DNA of 64,000 bases, taken from assembly GCA_964016885.1 (NCBI GenBank), contig OZ024743.1, forward strand, positions 95,666,001 to 95,730,000, written 5' to 3'. Shown here one piece after another: positions 13,991 through 26,290 of the stretch; positions within the stretch are counted from its first letter, which is position 1, and each line of letters starts with the position of its first letter. The notes below the pieces were generated by a model. That model made no database searches. It was not told the origin of the DNA and worked only from the letters and a program-made list of their open reading frames with translations. Made by a program: the position numbers and the translations under genes. This DNA is from Eledone cirrhosa (lineage: Eukaryota).

Positions 13991-14387
13991 TTGTCCGGGA
14001 AAGACTGCCCTAACCTTGACCTGCTGCAAAATCAAAACAGGCTATTTTTGCGAACAATGAACCTTGACGTGGATTTAACCCCCAAAACTCTTTCCGAGCA
14101 ATGTAAGGAACACTTTTGATTATTTATGCCCTTGAGAAGCCCAACTGGGCGAAACGTACGTAGGTGCTGTTTTAAATAAACATGTTTTATGGTCTATTCT
14201 CCGATTTCTTACTTTCCCACGTGCTTACGCTCTGCTAACTCTCTAGCCCACTAAATATTAACACTTGGAATATTTAATACTGCCGGCACTAGTATCGAGC
14301 ACATTTGGCATACGCTACTTGGCAAATAACTATATGTATCACCTATCCTCCCCTTTTTTTTCTCTCTCTCGATACGTAAATACTGTA

Positions 14388-14390
<3 letters not shown>
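13805..14390 (+). mobile_element. PLE pLTR remnant with diverged inverted arm
   Basis: 13805-13945 is a diverged reverse complement of about 14235-14385. An HHR lies at 14128, and the element is bounded by microsatellites. Confidence 0.6.
14128..14167 (+). ncRNA. Hammerhead ribozyme, U3-A8 core variant
   Basis: gccc-TTGAGAA-gccc-aact-gggc-GAAA-cgtacg-TA-ggtgc. Stem II is perfect and stem III is palindromic (acgtacgt). Confidence 0.7.
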
Positions 14391-14422
<32 letters not shown>

Positions 14423-14424
<2 letters not shown>

Positions 14425-14612
14425 CAAAGGAATTGTGGTAAGGAACCAGATGGACCATAACGCACCAGAGTACTCAATACTTAGAGTAGTAGAGTGGGAA
14501 ATAGGAAAAAGTATGACACCGACGGCAGAGCTCAAGCCGTTTCGACGGCTATTTCTGGTCCAGAAATAGCCGTCAAAACAGCTTGAGCTCTGCCGTCGGA
14601 GTCATACTTTTT

Positions 14613-14617
<5 letters not shown>
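14423..14617 (-). mobile_element. Second copy of the half-HHR fold-back element
   Basis: Reverse-complement homolog of 13503-13705 with its own palindrome (about 14500-14617), flanked by (TA)n on both sides. Confidence 0.65.
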
Positions 14618-14651
<34 letters not shown>

Positions 14652-14657
<6 letters not shown>

Positions 14658-15046
14658 GTGAGGTTTTTTTTACAAAATGAAAAATAACCGAGGTGTCCTA
14701 CACGAGTGGAAGTATAAAGAAAAAGGGATGAAATCGAAAATGCAACTGAAGTCTTATTTTTTTAAAAAATATATATATTTATTTGGTTCCTTTACCGGTT
14801 TCGCAGTTCTTCTGCTTTTCAAAAGGTGAGTTGAGATGGAGGGTCTGTGGTTTTTCTCACATCTGTGAGTTGAGATGGAGGGTCTGTGGTTTTTCTCACA
14901 GATGTGAGAAAAACCACAGACCCTCCATCTCAACTCACCTTTTGAAAAGCAGAAGAACTGCGAAACCGGTAAAGGAACCAAATAAATATATATATTTAAA
15001 AAAAAAAAATAAGACTTCAGTTGCATTTTCGATTTCATCCCTTTTT

Positions 15047-15050
<4 letters not shown>
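14652..15050. mobile_element. Fold-back PLE-terminus element with two mirror-image HHRs
   Basis: Near-perfect palindrome at about 14713-15050 with a short direct duplication near the centre and (TA)n on both sides. Confidence 0.75.
14938..14975 (+). ncRNA. Hammerhead ribozyme, U3-A8 core variant (mirror copy at 14789-14826, minus)
   Basis: cctt-TTGAAAA-gcag-aagaa-ctgc-GAAA-ccgg-TA-aagg. All three stems pair, stem III is the palindrome accggt, and AATAAA lies 9 nt downstream. Confidence 0.8.
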
Positions 15051-15107
<57 letters not shown>

Positions 15108-15971
15108 TATTTTCCGTTGTGTTGTAATATAAATATTACACACAGTAGATTATCAGCTCACGTAGAGTTTGCTCGACGGTTCCAGTTGTAGTTCCAAAAG
15201 TAATCCGGAGAAAAATAGAAAGATTTGAATGGATACAGTTTAGTTGAAAGGAATTTATTGACACGTGTTTCTATAACAGTTACATAACCTAAAACAGCTA
15301 TCTACAAACTTTTAGTTATGCAGACATTCAATATTTCAATGTTATTATTTACTGTCATTTCATCAGAATAATATTACTGAGGACCTATTTAGTTTTTATA
15401 GAGAATATTAGGAGGGAGGGGTGAAGTTGTTAGAAGAATAGTTGAAGGAGTGGTTTTTCGATAGCAGTGAGAATTCTTGGTGGCAGTGAGTAATTAGATT
15501 CCCATCTGTTGTTTTGACATTTTTTATGGAATATATTATTGGTTATTTTTCTAAATCTATAGAAGGATTAGAGATAGTAAAGATATGCGTGGTTGGTTTT
15601 GTGTTTGCACTTAACATTCAGACTTAAATTTTTCTTTCAAGTGTACGTATTCTTTCACCCACGCATTCACACACAAATATATTTGCACACCTCTACAAAA
15701 TACATATACTCACAATTCACATATTCATACTTACATATATATACACATGCATACACATATATATACACACATGTATTCATGTACATACATACGCGCTCAT
15801 GTGTATACATTTTCATACTCAACTTATCTTTATATATACACACGTATAGACACACACATATATACATACATACTCTAGTCCATGTGTACACACATACACA
15901 TACATACACATCCATATACACATACATACATACACATATATATATATATATATACATATATATATACACAC

Positions 15972-16011
<40 letters not shown>

Positions 16012-16616
16012 CCACATATACACATATATACACATACACACATATATATATATATATATAAGCACTTTAATACATGAATACACTTACATCTATCTATACA
16101 CATCAAACATATATATATATTTACTTATTTATATACATTTTCACATATATATACATACTTATGGACGTTTTTAGACACATTCATTATCGCATATTTGTAC
16201 CTATTCTCATCAGCATATCTTTTCATTATTAGTATGGTAATTTAAGGTTATTAATATATGTTGAGAAGAGATTGTTTTTATATTTTTCTAACTAGATTAA
16301 GGTTTATATAGTTGGGGGATGTCCCTCTTTTATGTAATATTCGGCTTGTAGTGGGAAAAAAGGGTTTTAGTTCTGTGACGGCAGAATAATGTTCGTTCAA
16401 TTCTGTTATTCAGCAGTTTCTTCTTGTATGTGATTATGTAATAAATCTCAAGATTACACAATTTGCAGAAATTTTGGCTCCTGGAAAAGCTTTGGGTTTT
16501 AGCTAATTTTTCCCATTTTAGGGTAAACTTTTGATTGCTATCCCTGAGCGTCCAAGCTTTTTCTGCTAAAGTTGTTACATTTCTTTGGCTCTGGTGTTTA
16601 TAGGTCCTCAGTAATA

Positions 16617-16733
16617 TTATTCTGATGAAATGACAGTAAATAATAACATTGAAATATTGAATGTCTGCATAACTAAAAGTTTGTAGATAGCTGTTTTAGG
16701 TTATGTAACTGTTATAGAAACACGTGTCAATAA
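16617..16733 (+). ncRNA. Hammerhead ribozyme with an 88-nt stem II region (copies at 20196-20312 plus, 15255-15371 minus)
   Basis: ttatt-CTGATGA-a-atgacagt...actgttat-a-GAAA-cacgtg-TC-aataa. Stem I is 5 bp and stem III is the palindrome acacgtgt. Confidence 0.65.
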
Positions 16734-16937
16734 ATTCCTTTCAACTAAACTGTATCCATTCAAATCTTTCTATTTTTCTCCGGATTACTTTTGGAACTAC
16801 AACTGGAACCGTCGAGCAAACTCTACGTGAGCTGATAATCTACTGTGTGTAATATTTATATTACAACACAACGGAAAATACTGTATATTTACCTCCTGTA
16901 AAGTCGAGCAACCCACACAGCAAACGCAACCACAACA

Positions 16938-19261
16938 ATGGAAAAACACTACCTGGATATGTCACTCAAAAACATACCAACCCAAGGTAGAAAGGAATAT
17001 TTATTGAGCATGATTCAAAAAACTAATGAATTCATTCGACGTGTCAGGTGGAAAACGCTCCACTATGATAGAAGCCGTATGAACTCAACATTAGAAAGTG
17101 GTGTAAACAACAAATTCGGTTTTAGGACTTGTAAAAACCCACCCACCAACCCACTATTAGATGCATTTGAGCAGGACCTTATGAACTTAATCCTTAAAAT
17201 TAAATTCAAAGGACGCAACACCAACAGCAAATTACAGAAAGATATTAAAAAACTACTGGACGACCTTAAAAACACCAAAGGAATTGTAGTAAAAGCGGAC
17301 AAAACATCAAACCTGTACACTATGGATTGCACTACATACAACAACTTCATTCGAAAAGAATTACATAAACAATATAGAAAAACGAGTGAAGTAACCCTTA
17401 AGCACATCAATGATGAGGCATGCAAAATAGTGAAAAATCTCGGAATCGAAGATAGGACAGGACCACTCTTACCGGCGGTACCCACCTTCAATCTTAAGGA
17501 CCACAAGGTAAACTTTGATAATGACCCTAAAATAAGATTAATCTGCCCCTCTAAATCAGATATAGGTAAAATAAGCAAATATATCTTAGATAGAATCATC
17601 CCCCAAATTAAGGCTAAGGTTAACATTAAACTCTGGGGGAAGACCCAAGAAGCAATAAGATGGTTTAATAGCATTAGCAATAAGAATAAATCTATGTTTA
17701 TCCAGTTTGATATCGATGAATATTACTCATCGATATCACCTGAAACTTTGAATAGAGCCATTAAGTTTGCTAAGGATAACTCTGACCTTACAAACGATGA
17801 AATTAAGATTATATTAGAAGCTAGGAAAACTATAGTCAAATTTGAGAACAGTTATTGGGTACGTAAAGATAGACCCTCTAACTTTGACATAACAATGGGC
17901 TCTAACGATTCGGCGGAAATAACTGATATTGTGGGGTTATTTATCGCCTTTAGACTCCAGGAAAAATTCAGCAATCTCCACGGCGGAATATACCGCGACG
18001 ATGTTCTCCTCCTAGCTAAAAACCTTAATAACCAAAAACTAGAAAAACTACGCAAAGATATAAGAAAACTACTACTCGAAATAGGACTAACTATAACATA
18101 TGAATACAACCTTAAAGTAGTTAACTTCCTGGATGTCACACTCAATTTAAACTCTGGTTTGATTAAACCGTTTCATAAATTGAATGAAAATCTCAAATAC
18201 GTAAATGTTGGGTCTAACCACCCCATCTCTATAATTAAATCTATCCCTAAAAATATTTCCCTTAGAATCTCGGGTCTATCTTCTAACATACAAGTATTTA
18301 AGGAACACGCCGAGTACTACGATAACGCCCTTAGTAAAGCAGGCTACCTCAACAAAATAGAGTACATAGATGGGAACAATCAAAACACCCAAAATAAATC
18401 CCACATAGGTAGATACAATAAAAACAACACCAAACCACACTTACTACCATAGTATGCACACCAGTAAACCAACAAACAAAACTAATAGAAAGCGATGCAA
18501 AGAGTACTTATGGTATAACCCCGAATACAATAGCTCCATTAGTACAAATTTACCAGTACTCTTCTTTAAAATAATTAAAAGACACTTTCCCACATCACAC
18601 AAATACCACAAAATCCTAAACCCTACCACTATAAGACTGTCATACTCTACAGCGTTAAACCTTGAACAACACATAAAAAAGATCAATACTAGAAGGTTAA
18701 ACGAAAACACTAAGAACTTAAGTACAAAGAACCCCCAAAAAACAGTAGACAATACACTACAGAACATAAATAAACCACACCTAAGTTCGTCCGCAATACT
18801 ACTCCAGAGAAAACCCAACGTACACAACTGTAACTGCACCTATCCTGACAACTGCCCCCTCGGCAATAACTGCCTGGAAAAAAAATATTATTTATAAGTG
18901 TACCATTAAATCCGGAGGCAACGAGTGGTATTACGTGGGATCAACCGCAACATCGTTTAAATCTCGATTGTATAGGCATTCTTACTCAATAAAACACCAG
19001 AGCCAAAGAAATGTAACAACTTTAGCAGAAAAAGCTTGGACGCTCAGGGATAGCAATCAAAAGTTTACCCTAAAATGGGAAAAATTAGCTAAAACCCAAA
19101 GCTTTTCCAGGAGCCAAAATTTCTGCAAATTGTGTAATCTTGAGATTTATTACATAATCACACACAAGAAGAAACTGCTGAATAACAGAATTGAACGAAC
19201 ATTATTCTGCCGTCACAGAACTAAAACCCTTTTTTCCCACTACAAGCCGAATATTACATAA
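16938..19261 (+). pseudogene. PLE-1 polyprotein: reverse transcriptase plus GIY-YIG endonuclease, two frameshifts
   Basis: RT motifs VKADKTSN, QFDIDEYYSSI, MGSNDSAE, YRDD and VNFLDVTL. Then CNC..CPLGNNCLEK(N)IIY...YVGST...FKSR, CKLCNLE and LLNNR..CRH. Frame changes occur near 18450 and at the A-run around 18877-18885. Confidence 0.9.
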
Positions 19262-20346
19262 AAGAGGGACATCCCCCAACTATATAAACCTTAATCTAGT
19301 TAGAAAAATATAAAAACAATCTCTTCTCAACATATATTAATAACCTTAAATTACCATACTAATAATGAAAAGATATGCTGATGAGAATAGGTACAAATAT
19401 GCGATAATGAATGTGTCTAAAAACGTCCATAAGTATGTATATATATGTGAAAATGTATATAAATAAGTAAATATATATATATGTTTGATGTGTATAGTTA
19501 GATGTAAGTGTATTCATGTATTAAAGTGCTTATATATATATATATATGTGTGTGTATGTGTATATATGTGTATATGTGGATATGTATATATATATATATA
19601 TATATATGTGTATATGTGTGTATATATATATGTGTATGTATGTATGTGTATATGGATGTGTATGTATGTGTATGTGTGTACACATGGACTAGAGTATGTA
19701 TGTATATATGTGTGTGTCTATACGTGTGTATATATAAAGATAAGTTGAGTATGAAAATGTATACACATGAGCGCGTATGTATGTACATGAATACATGTGT
19801 GTATATATATGTGTATGCATGTGTATATATATGTAAGTATGAATATGTGAATTGTGAGTATATGTATTTTGTAGAGGTGTGCAAATATATTTGTGTGTGA
19901 ATGCGTGGGTGAAAGAATACGTACACTTGAAAGAAAAATTTAAGTCTGAATGTTAAGTGCAAACACAAAACCAACCACGCATATCTTTACTATCTCTAAT
20001 CCTTCTATAGATTTAGAAAAATAACCAATAATATATTCCATAAAAAATGTCAAAACAACAGATGGGAATCTAATTACTCACTGCCACCAAGAATTCTCAC
20101 TGCTATCGAAAAACCACTCCTTCAACTATTCTTCTAACAACTTCACCCCTCCCTCCTAATATTCTCTATAAAAACTAAATAGGTCCTCAGTAATATTATT
20201 CTGATGAAATGACAGTAAATAATAACATTGAAATATTGAATGTCTGCATAACTAAAAGTTTGTAGATAGCTGTTTTAGGTTATGTAACTGTTATAGAAAC
20301 ACGTGTCAATAAATTCCTTTCAACTAAACTGTATCCATTCAAATCT

Positions 20347-20402
<56 letters not shown>

Positions 20403-20778
20403 ATACTTTGGGAGGGTCATGTTGCCAATAAGAAACACACGCACCAGTTGCTTTCACTTCAATTTATTATAATAAATTTATAAATTTCCGGTTGGTTGGT
20501 TGGTTCCACAACCAGATGATTGTTTATATATTGTCAAAGTTCTTTCGTCACACATTCTGTGACCTCTTCAGTGACTGGGGATTCTTTTCTTTGTTTTTGT
20601 GCCTCTCCTTTGTTCTGTCCTACGCCTTCTTGTTTTTGTGTGTGTGTTGTGTGCTTAGTTTGCGCATGTGTTACATCCGGGTGTCTGTGTGTGTTTATAT
20701 TCGTTTACTTATTTGTTTATTTACATGTTACTGGTTGGTTGTTTGTTCTATGTGCGTGTGTGTGTTTTCATTTTGTCC

Positions 20779-21725
20779 TTAATTGTAAGTTGTGATGTTG
20801 CTGTTCCACTCATGTTTTCTATTTAATTTTGGTTGGAGTTCATTTATGTTTACTGCCTCTGTGATTTGTCTAAACATTGCGTCTTTTCTGTGTGTAGATT
20901 CTATTTTTATTTCTATGTTCTCTAATTTACCCTTATGTTCTATTTTAGCATGTTGGTAGAGTACAGATGATTCTTTACTATCTTGAAGGTCTCGCCAGTG
21001 TTCATTTATCCGTTCCCCTATACTACGAGCTGTCTCACCTATGTACACTATATTTTTATCTCTACATTGTCCTTCGGTATCTTATGCTATATACTACATT
21101 TCTAGTTTTACAGTTAATATGGGGGCTTAGTTTACAGATTATACATTTCTTATCTATACAAGGAGGTCTTTGAAAAGGGTATGTATTGCTAATAAGTGTT
21201 TTTATGGAGGTACCTGGTCTTTCTACTATCTTAATATTGAGTTTATGTTTATCTAGGGCCCTTCTAAATTTGTAAGCTAATTCACCTCTAGGGGTTGTAT
21301 CGATGAACATTACACTCTGGTATTTATTGCTATCATACCATGAGTTTATTCTATTAGCCTTATTCCTAGTTCTTTCTATTCTATTCCAAAATTTGCTCCT
21401 ATACAAGGGGCAGGTCCCATTTGTGTCATTATTTACCATTTTTCCCATTTGGTTCTGGCTCCTCTATATACTCTGATTTTATCTCTCTGATTGTAACCAG
21501 AGAACTGCATACGGTGGATGAAGTGTTGTATGTGTCTCTCTAGTTCTTTGGGGTTGCACATGCGGGACACGTTTCTCATCACTCGTACCAAATCCGCAAT
21601 CAGTATGTTGATTTTGGTATGGTCCGAAACAGCCGAGTTTCGGTGGATCAGATGTTTGGAAGTCATGGGTTTGGCATAATGGGAATGGAAGATTTGTTTT
21701 TTGTTATTAATGGTATCTAACCAGA
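20779..21725 (-). pseudogene. Inverted duplicate of the PLE-2 thumb/GIY-YIG region
   Basis: Minus-strand ORFs 21433-21666, 21062-21448 and 20779-21048 are near-identical to the plus-strand ORFs at 22619-23509. Confidence 0.88.
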
Positions 21726-21730
21726 CTGTC

Positions 21731-23509
21731 CTACTTCCTCTCCCTGATCATACGCCCCATCATTGAAATGTCCCCAGATGTATGTGACAGCACGGAGGAC
21801 CTCCTCAGCAGAATCGGCGAGAGTAACCGATATAGGGACCTAACAAACTGCATAATAGGTAGTATGGATGTTGTGTCCCTGTATCCATCTATTGACGTGG
21901 ATTTTGCTGTGGAAAAATGCGTAGAAATGATCAGTGAGAGCAATGTTGAGTTCCGTGGGATTGATACCAGTGAGCTGGGACTCCTACTTAAACTTACCTA
22001 TAGTAATAATTACCTAGACACATGTGACCTTAGCAACCTGTGCCCTACAAGACCAGCAAGAGGCAGACCACCTACCATTACCTCAATGGCCAAGAAAACC
22101 CACACAGATAGATGGAACGGGTGGACCAGAGCCATACGGACACCCGAAAACCACGATGAACTGAAGAAAATGATTGCACATGCGGTAGGGGCCAGCATAA
22201 AACTAACCCTTAAGGAACATATGTTCAAATTTAATGGAAAAACATATGCCCAAGAGGAAGGAGCAGCCATTGGTGTTAGCATTGCAGGCGACATAGCTAA
22301 CTTATTCATGGTATGGTGGGACAGTAGACTTAAGTTTAAACTTAAAGAACAATTAGAAGACCCCTTAACCCTGATAATGTATTCCCGCTACGTTGATGAT
22401 ATAAACATCGTAGTTAAGACACCCCCACTAGAGGAAATAGAGAAAAACACAATGGAAAGCATCCAGCAAATAGCTAACTCCATCCACCAGAGTATTAGAG
22501 TTACTATAGTCTACCCAAGTAAACACCGCAACCATCGATTACCTGTACTAGACAGAGAGCTCTGGTTAGATACCATTAATAACAAAAACAAATCCTCCAT
22601 TCCCATTATGCCAAACCCATGACTTCCAAACATCTGATCCACCGAAACTCGGCTGTTTCGGACCATACCAAAATCAACATACTAATTGCGGATTTGGTAC
22701 GGGTGATGAGAAACGTGTCCCGCATGTGCAACCCCAAAGAACTAGAGAGACACATACAACACTTCATCCACCGTATGCAGTTCTCTGGTTACAATCAGAG
22801 AGACAAAATCAAAGTGTATAGAGGAGCCAGAACCAAATGGGAAAAAATGGTAAATAATGACATAAATGGGACCTGCCCCTTGTATAGGAGCAAATTTTGG
22901 AATAGAATAGAAAGAACTAGGAATAAAGCTAATAGAATAAACTCATAGTATGATAGCAATAAATACCAGAGTGTAATGTTCATCGATACAACCCCTAGTG
23001 GTGAATTAGCTTACAAATTTAGAAGGGCCCTAGATAAACATAAACTCAATATTAAGATAGTAGAAAGACCAGGTACCTCCGTAAAAACACTTATTAGCAA
23101 GACATACCCTTTTCAAAGACCCTCATGTATAGATAAGAAATGTATAACCTGTAAAATAAGCCCCCATATTAACTGTAAAACTAGAAATGTAGTGTATAGC
23201 ATAAGATTTACTGAAGGACAATGTAGAGACAAAAATATAGTGTACATAGGTGAGACAGCTCGTAGTGTAGGGGAACGGATAAATGAACACTGGCGAGACC
23301 TTTAAGATAATAAAGAATCATCTGTACTCTACCAACATGCTAAAATAGAACACAAGGGTAAATTAGAGAATATAGAAATAAAAATAGAATCTACACACAG
23401 AAAATACGCAATGTTTAGACAAATCACAGAGGCACTAAACATAAAAGAATTACAACCAAAATTAAATAGAAAATATGAGTGGAACAGCAACATCACAATT
23501 TACAATTAA
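21731..23509 (+). pseudogene. PLE-2 RT plus GIY-YIG endonuclease, disrupted
   Basis: Motifs GSMDVVSLYPSI, YAQEEGAAIG, RYVDD and LPVLD, then C..KKC..C, NVVYSI and YIGETARS.ER..EH. It has a frameshift near 22600 and stops at about 22946 and 23303. Confidence 0.88.
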
Positions 23510-23710
23510 GGACAAAATGAAAACACACACACACATAGAACAAACAACCAACCAGTAACATGTAAATAAACAAATAATTAAATGAACATAAACACACACA
23601 GAGACCCGAATGTGGCGCATGCGCAGACTAAGCACACAACACACACACAGAAACAAAATGGCGTAGGACAGAACAAAGGAGAGGCACAAAAACAAAGAGA
23701 AGAATCCCCA

Positions 23711-23753
23711 GTCACTGAAGAGATCACAGAATGTGTGACGAAAGAACTTTGAC
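23711..23753 (+). ncRNA. PLE-2 hammerhead ribozyme (copies at 20533-20575 minus, 41828-41870 plus, truncated at 29418-29456 minus)
   Basis: gtca-CTGAAGA-g(a/g)tcaca-gaatg-tgtgac-GAAA-gaac-TT-tgac. Stems I and II pair, and stem III is minimal. Confidence 0.75.
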
Positions 23754-23965
23754 AATATATAAACAACTATCTGGTTGTGGAACCAACCAACCAACCAGAA
23801 ATTTATAGATTTATTCCTAAATTTATAAATTTATTATAATAAATTGAAGTGAAAGGAACTGGTGCGGGGTTTCTTATTGGCAACATGACCCTCCCAAAGT
23901 ATAACAATATTGGTTTCAACACACGATTTCAGATAAAGAATCTTGCTAAACAAATTCAGAAACGA

Positions 23966-23996
<31 letters not shown>

Positions 23997-24040
23997 GAAA
24001 AGTATAGAAATTATTATGTGCAAGAAGCACACAGTATTTC

Positions 24041-24155
<115 letters not shown>

Positions 24156-25044
24156 TTCAAGGGAGTCTCTATATGATCGTTAAACTCGCTAAAAAGAAGC
24201 CAGCAAAACACCGCTCAAAATACTCAATAACGTTAAGCCAGCATATACTGTGTTCATCCATATAATATATATATATAATATATATATATATAAGCAAGAT
24301 GCATGATCACGCCTGACCTACCAAATATGCGACGGTAGCTAGTTAAGCTCTATGCGTATAAGCAGAGCAGAAATATTAATCAAAAAGAACAAAGGAACTA
24401 TTATGACATTATAACAAGTTTATTGCCGACAGCCGTTTCGTCCGACCATATGGTGGGACTTTTCAAGGCATATAACAGGTGATTGTAAGTTCATTATTTA
24501 CATCAACGTTTCACTCAAGATTAGCAGTTTGAAATCGTGGTATACATCAACAGCTCAGCTTGTATATTTGGTGTCTATATTCTAAAGGGCTCTTTTATAT
24601 TACTTGTAGGAGTTGTAAAAGGGATGGGTTATAGGGAGTTAAGAGAATTTGAAAAGGGCCTAAGAGTTAGGGATTGAAGGTTAAAAATTAAAGAATTTAT
24701 AAGTTACGCATTAAAAGTAAAAGACTTGGATCTCGTAAAAGCACCTTAAAAAATCCCTCAATAAGCGCAAAAAAGCTTATAAGCCCCAATAAACCTAACA
24801 AACCAGAAGAGATTAAGAGAATAAAAAAATAAAAAAATAAAAATAAAAAGTTTCCTAAAAAATTCCTTCAAAAGAAAACAAAAAAAAATGTTTTTCTAAG
24901 AGATCCCCTTAAAAAATTTAAAAAAATTTATGAAAATTTAATAATCCCTACGAAAGTTCTAAACTCTAATTAAAAATTCTAAACTCTAATTAAAAAATAA
25001 AAATTAGTGAAAAGAACTTTCAATAAGATTTAAGAGGTCAATAA

Positions 25045-26290
25045 AGTTAAGGGAGTATCTAGTAGGATTAGCGGACTATCTAGCAACGTGACCGCATTTG
25101 AGGCAAATGCGGAGTATTACAATAAGGCGCTAGCTAGGTCAGGGCACAAAGATAAACTTCATTATATTGAGACAAACGGCACCACCCCACCACCCCAACC
25201 CAGCACTATAATCAATGCATAATATATCCATGGGGAATGGAGGGAGGTCTAGAAAGACGAATAGGGACAATAGGAATTTAGCTAAGAACAACAACACTCG
25301 CAATACAGACACGGATAGGGCCCGCGCGGCTGGAAAGCGTTACACCGCCCCAAGCAAGTCCAACAGTGAAAACAGGGGCCAGAGGTCTAGGAGATTCGAG
25401 ACCAATACACATACCACCGGGAGCCCAGGAAGCACACCTGGTAGAACCCGTAATAATCTAGATGAAGGGAGGGTAAGCAGCATAGGGGATAAGAAACTCA
25501 GTGGAAGGAATAGAAGGTGATAGCACCTTCTTTAACCCGCCCTTTAACTCTAATATTATTACAGACCTCCCCAAATCTTTTTTTCTCTTTAATAGATAGG
25601 AACTTCCCCCCAGGTAGTAGGTACGGTAGTGTCATCAATAAGAATACTATCAAACTATCGTACTCGACAACCCCTAATCTGGCCTCCCACCTAGCTAAGA
25701 CCAATAAGAGTAAGATTAAAGAGGGACTTAAGGCCATCCGAAATAGTGAACCACGCCAGTACACACGACAACATGGGACCGACCCACTGAGTGAAAGACC
25801 CAGGGGGATAACAGGCAATAGAACCGGTCCCACTAGGCAGCCCCGCGGCCGCCTGGAGGGACATGCACCCCTGATTGAGGAGCATAACCCTATTAGAAAG
25901 TGTAATTGCAGACGGAAGGACAAATGCCCACTAGCTGGACACTGCCTTATTAGGAACGTAGTATATGCTTGTAACGTAACCACAGACACGTATACTAAGA
26001 CGTATGTTCAAGACGAGATTCAACGCCCACCAGCATAGCTTCCGAAATGAGAAGCTTAAAAATACCACGTCGTTAGCGGGACACATACATAACTTAAACA
26101 AGCAAAAACCCCCTACACACTAAGCTGGAGATGCCTTACTAAAGCTCCTCCATATAGCTCGTTCAGCAGGTTTTGTAGCCTGTGCCTAACTGAATCTCAT
26201 GCCATAGTATTCTCAGGACTTAACTTGCTCAACAGGGGTCAGAAATCTTCTCGTCCTGCCCCCATACTATACTTAGCTCTTTCTTTTTCT
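25045..26290 (+). pseudogene. PLE-3 RT thumb plus GIY-YIG endonuclease remnant
   Basis: SRISGLSSNVTAFEANAEYYNKALARSG (PLE-1 has LRISGLSSNIQVFKEHAEYYDNALSKAG), then FNPPFN, IKLSYST, CNCRRKDKCPLAGHCLIRNVVY and FCSLCLTE..LLNR. It has frameshifts and a deletion in the YIG motif. Confidence 0.85.

Larger units (their letters stand above)
15105..20351 (+). mobile_element. Penelope-like retroelement PLE-1 (probably Naiad-like), full-length unit with inverted 5' arm
   Basis: 15105-16599 is the reverse complement of 18991-20351 plus a tail matching 16766-16888. The pLTR segment from about 16600 is repeated at about 20180-20351. It carries RT and GIY-YIG coding sequence and is flanked by (TA)n. Confidence 0.92.
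20397..23968 (+). mobile_element. Penelope-like retroelement PLE-2 (possibly Neptune-like), 5'-truncated with inverted arm
   Basis: 20397-21725 is the reverse complement of about 22561-23910. It has RT and GIY-YIG fragments, an HHR-bearing pLTR and (TA)n flanks. Confidence 0.9.

Noticed and set aside
14713-15050. Palindromes as sequencing or assembly fold-back artefacts
   Set aside because: The arms differ by substitutions or indels, have one-sided tails and recur as families, so they look biological. Raw-read confirmation is still advisable.
17063-18839. Antisense ORFs over PLE-1 (and similarly over the LINE at 61318-62516)
   Set aside because: They are shadows of the sense-strand RT frame and contain no recognisable motifs.
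25500-25540. In-frame TGA in PLE-3 as possible selenocysteine, as reported for some Naiad PLEs
   Set aside because: The TGA is followed by TAG and a frameshift, does not align cleanly to a Cys in PLE-1, and no SECIS was identified. PLE-1 has no in-frame TGA.
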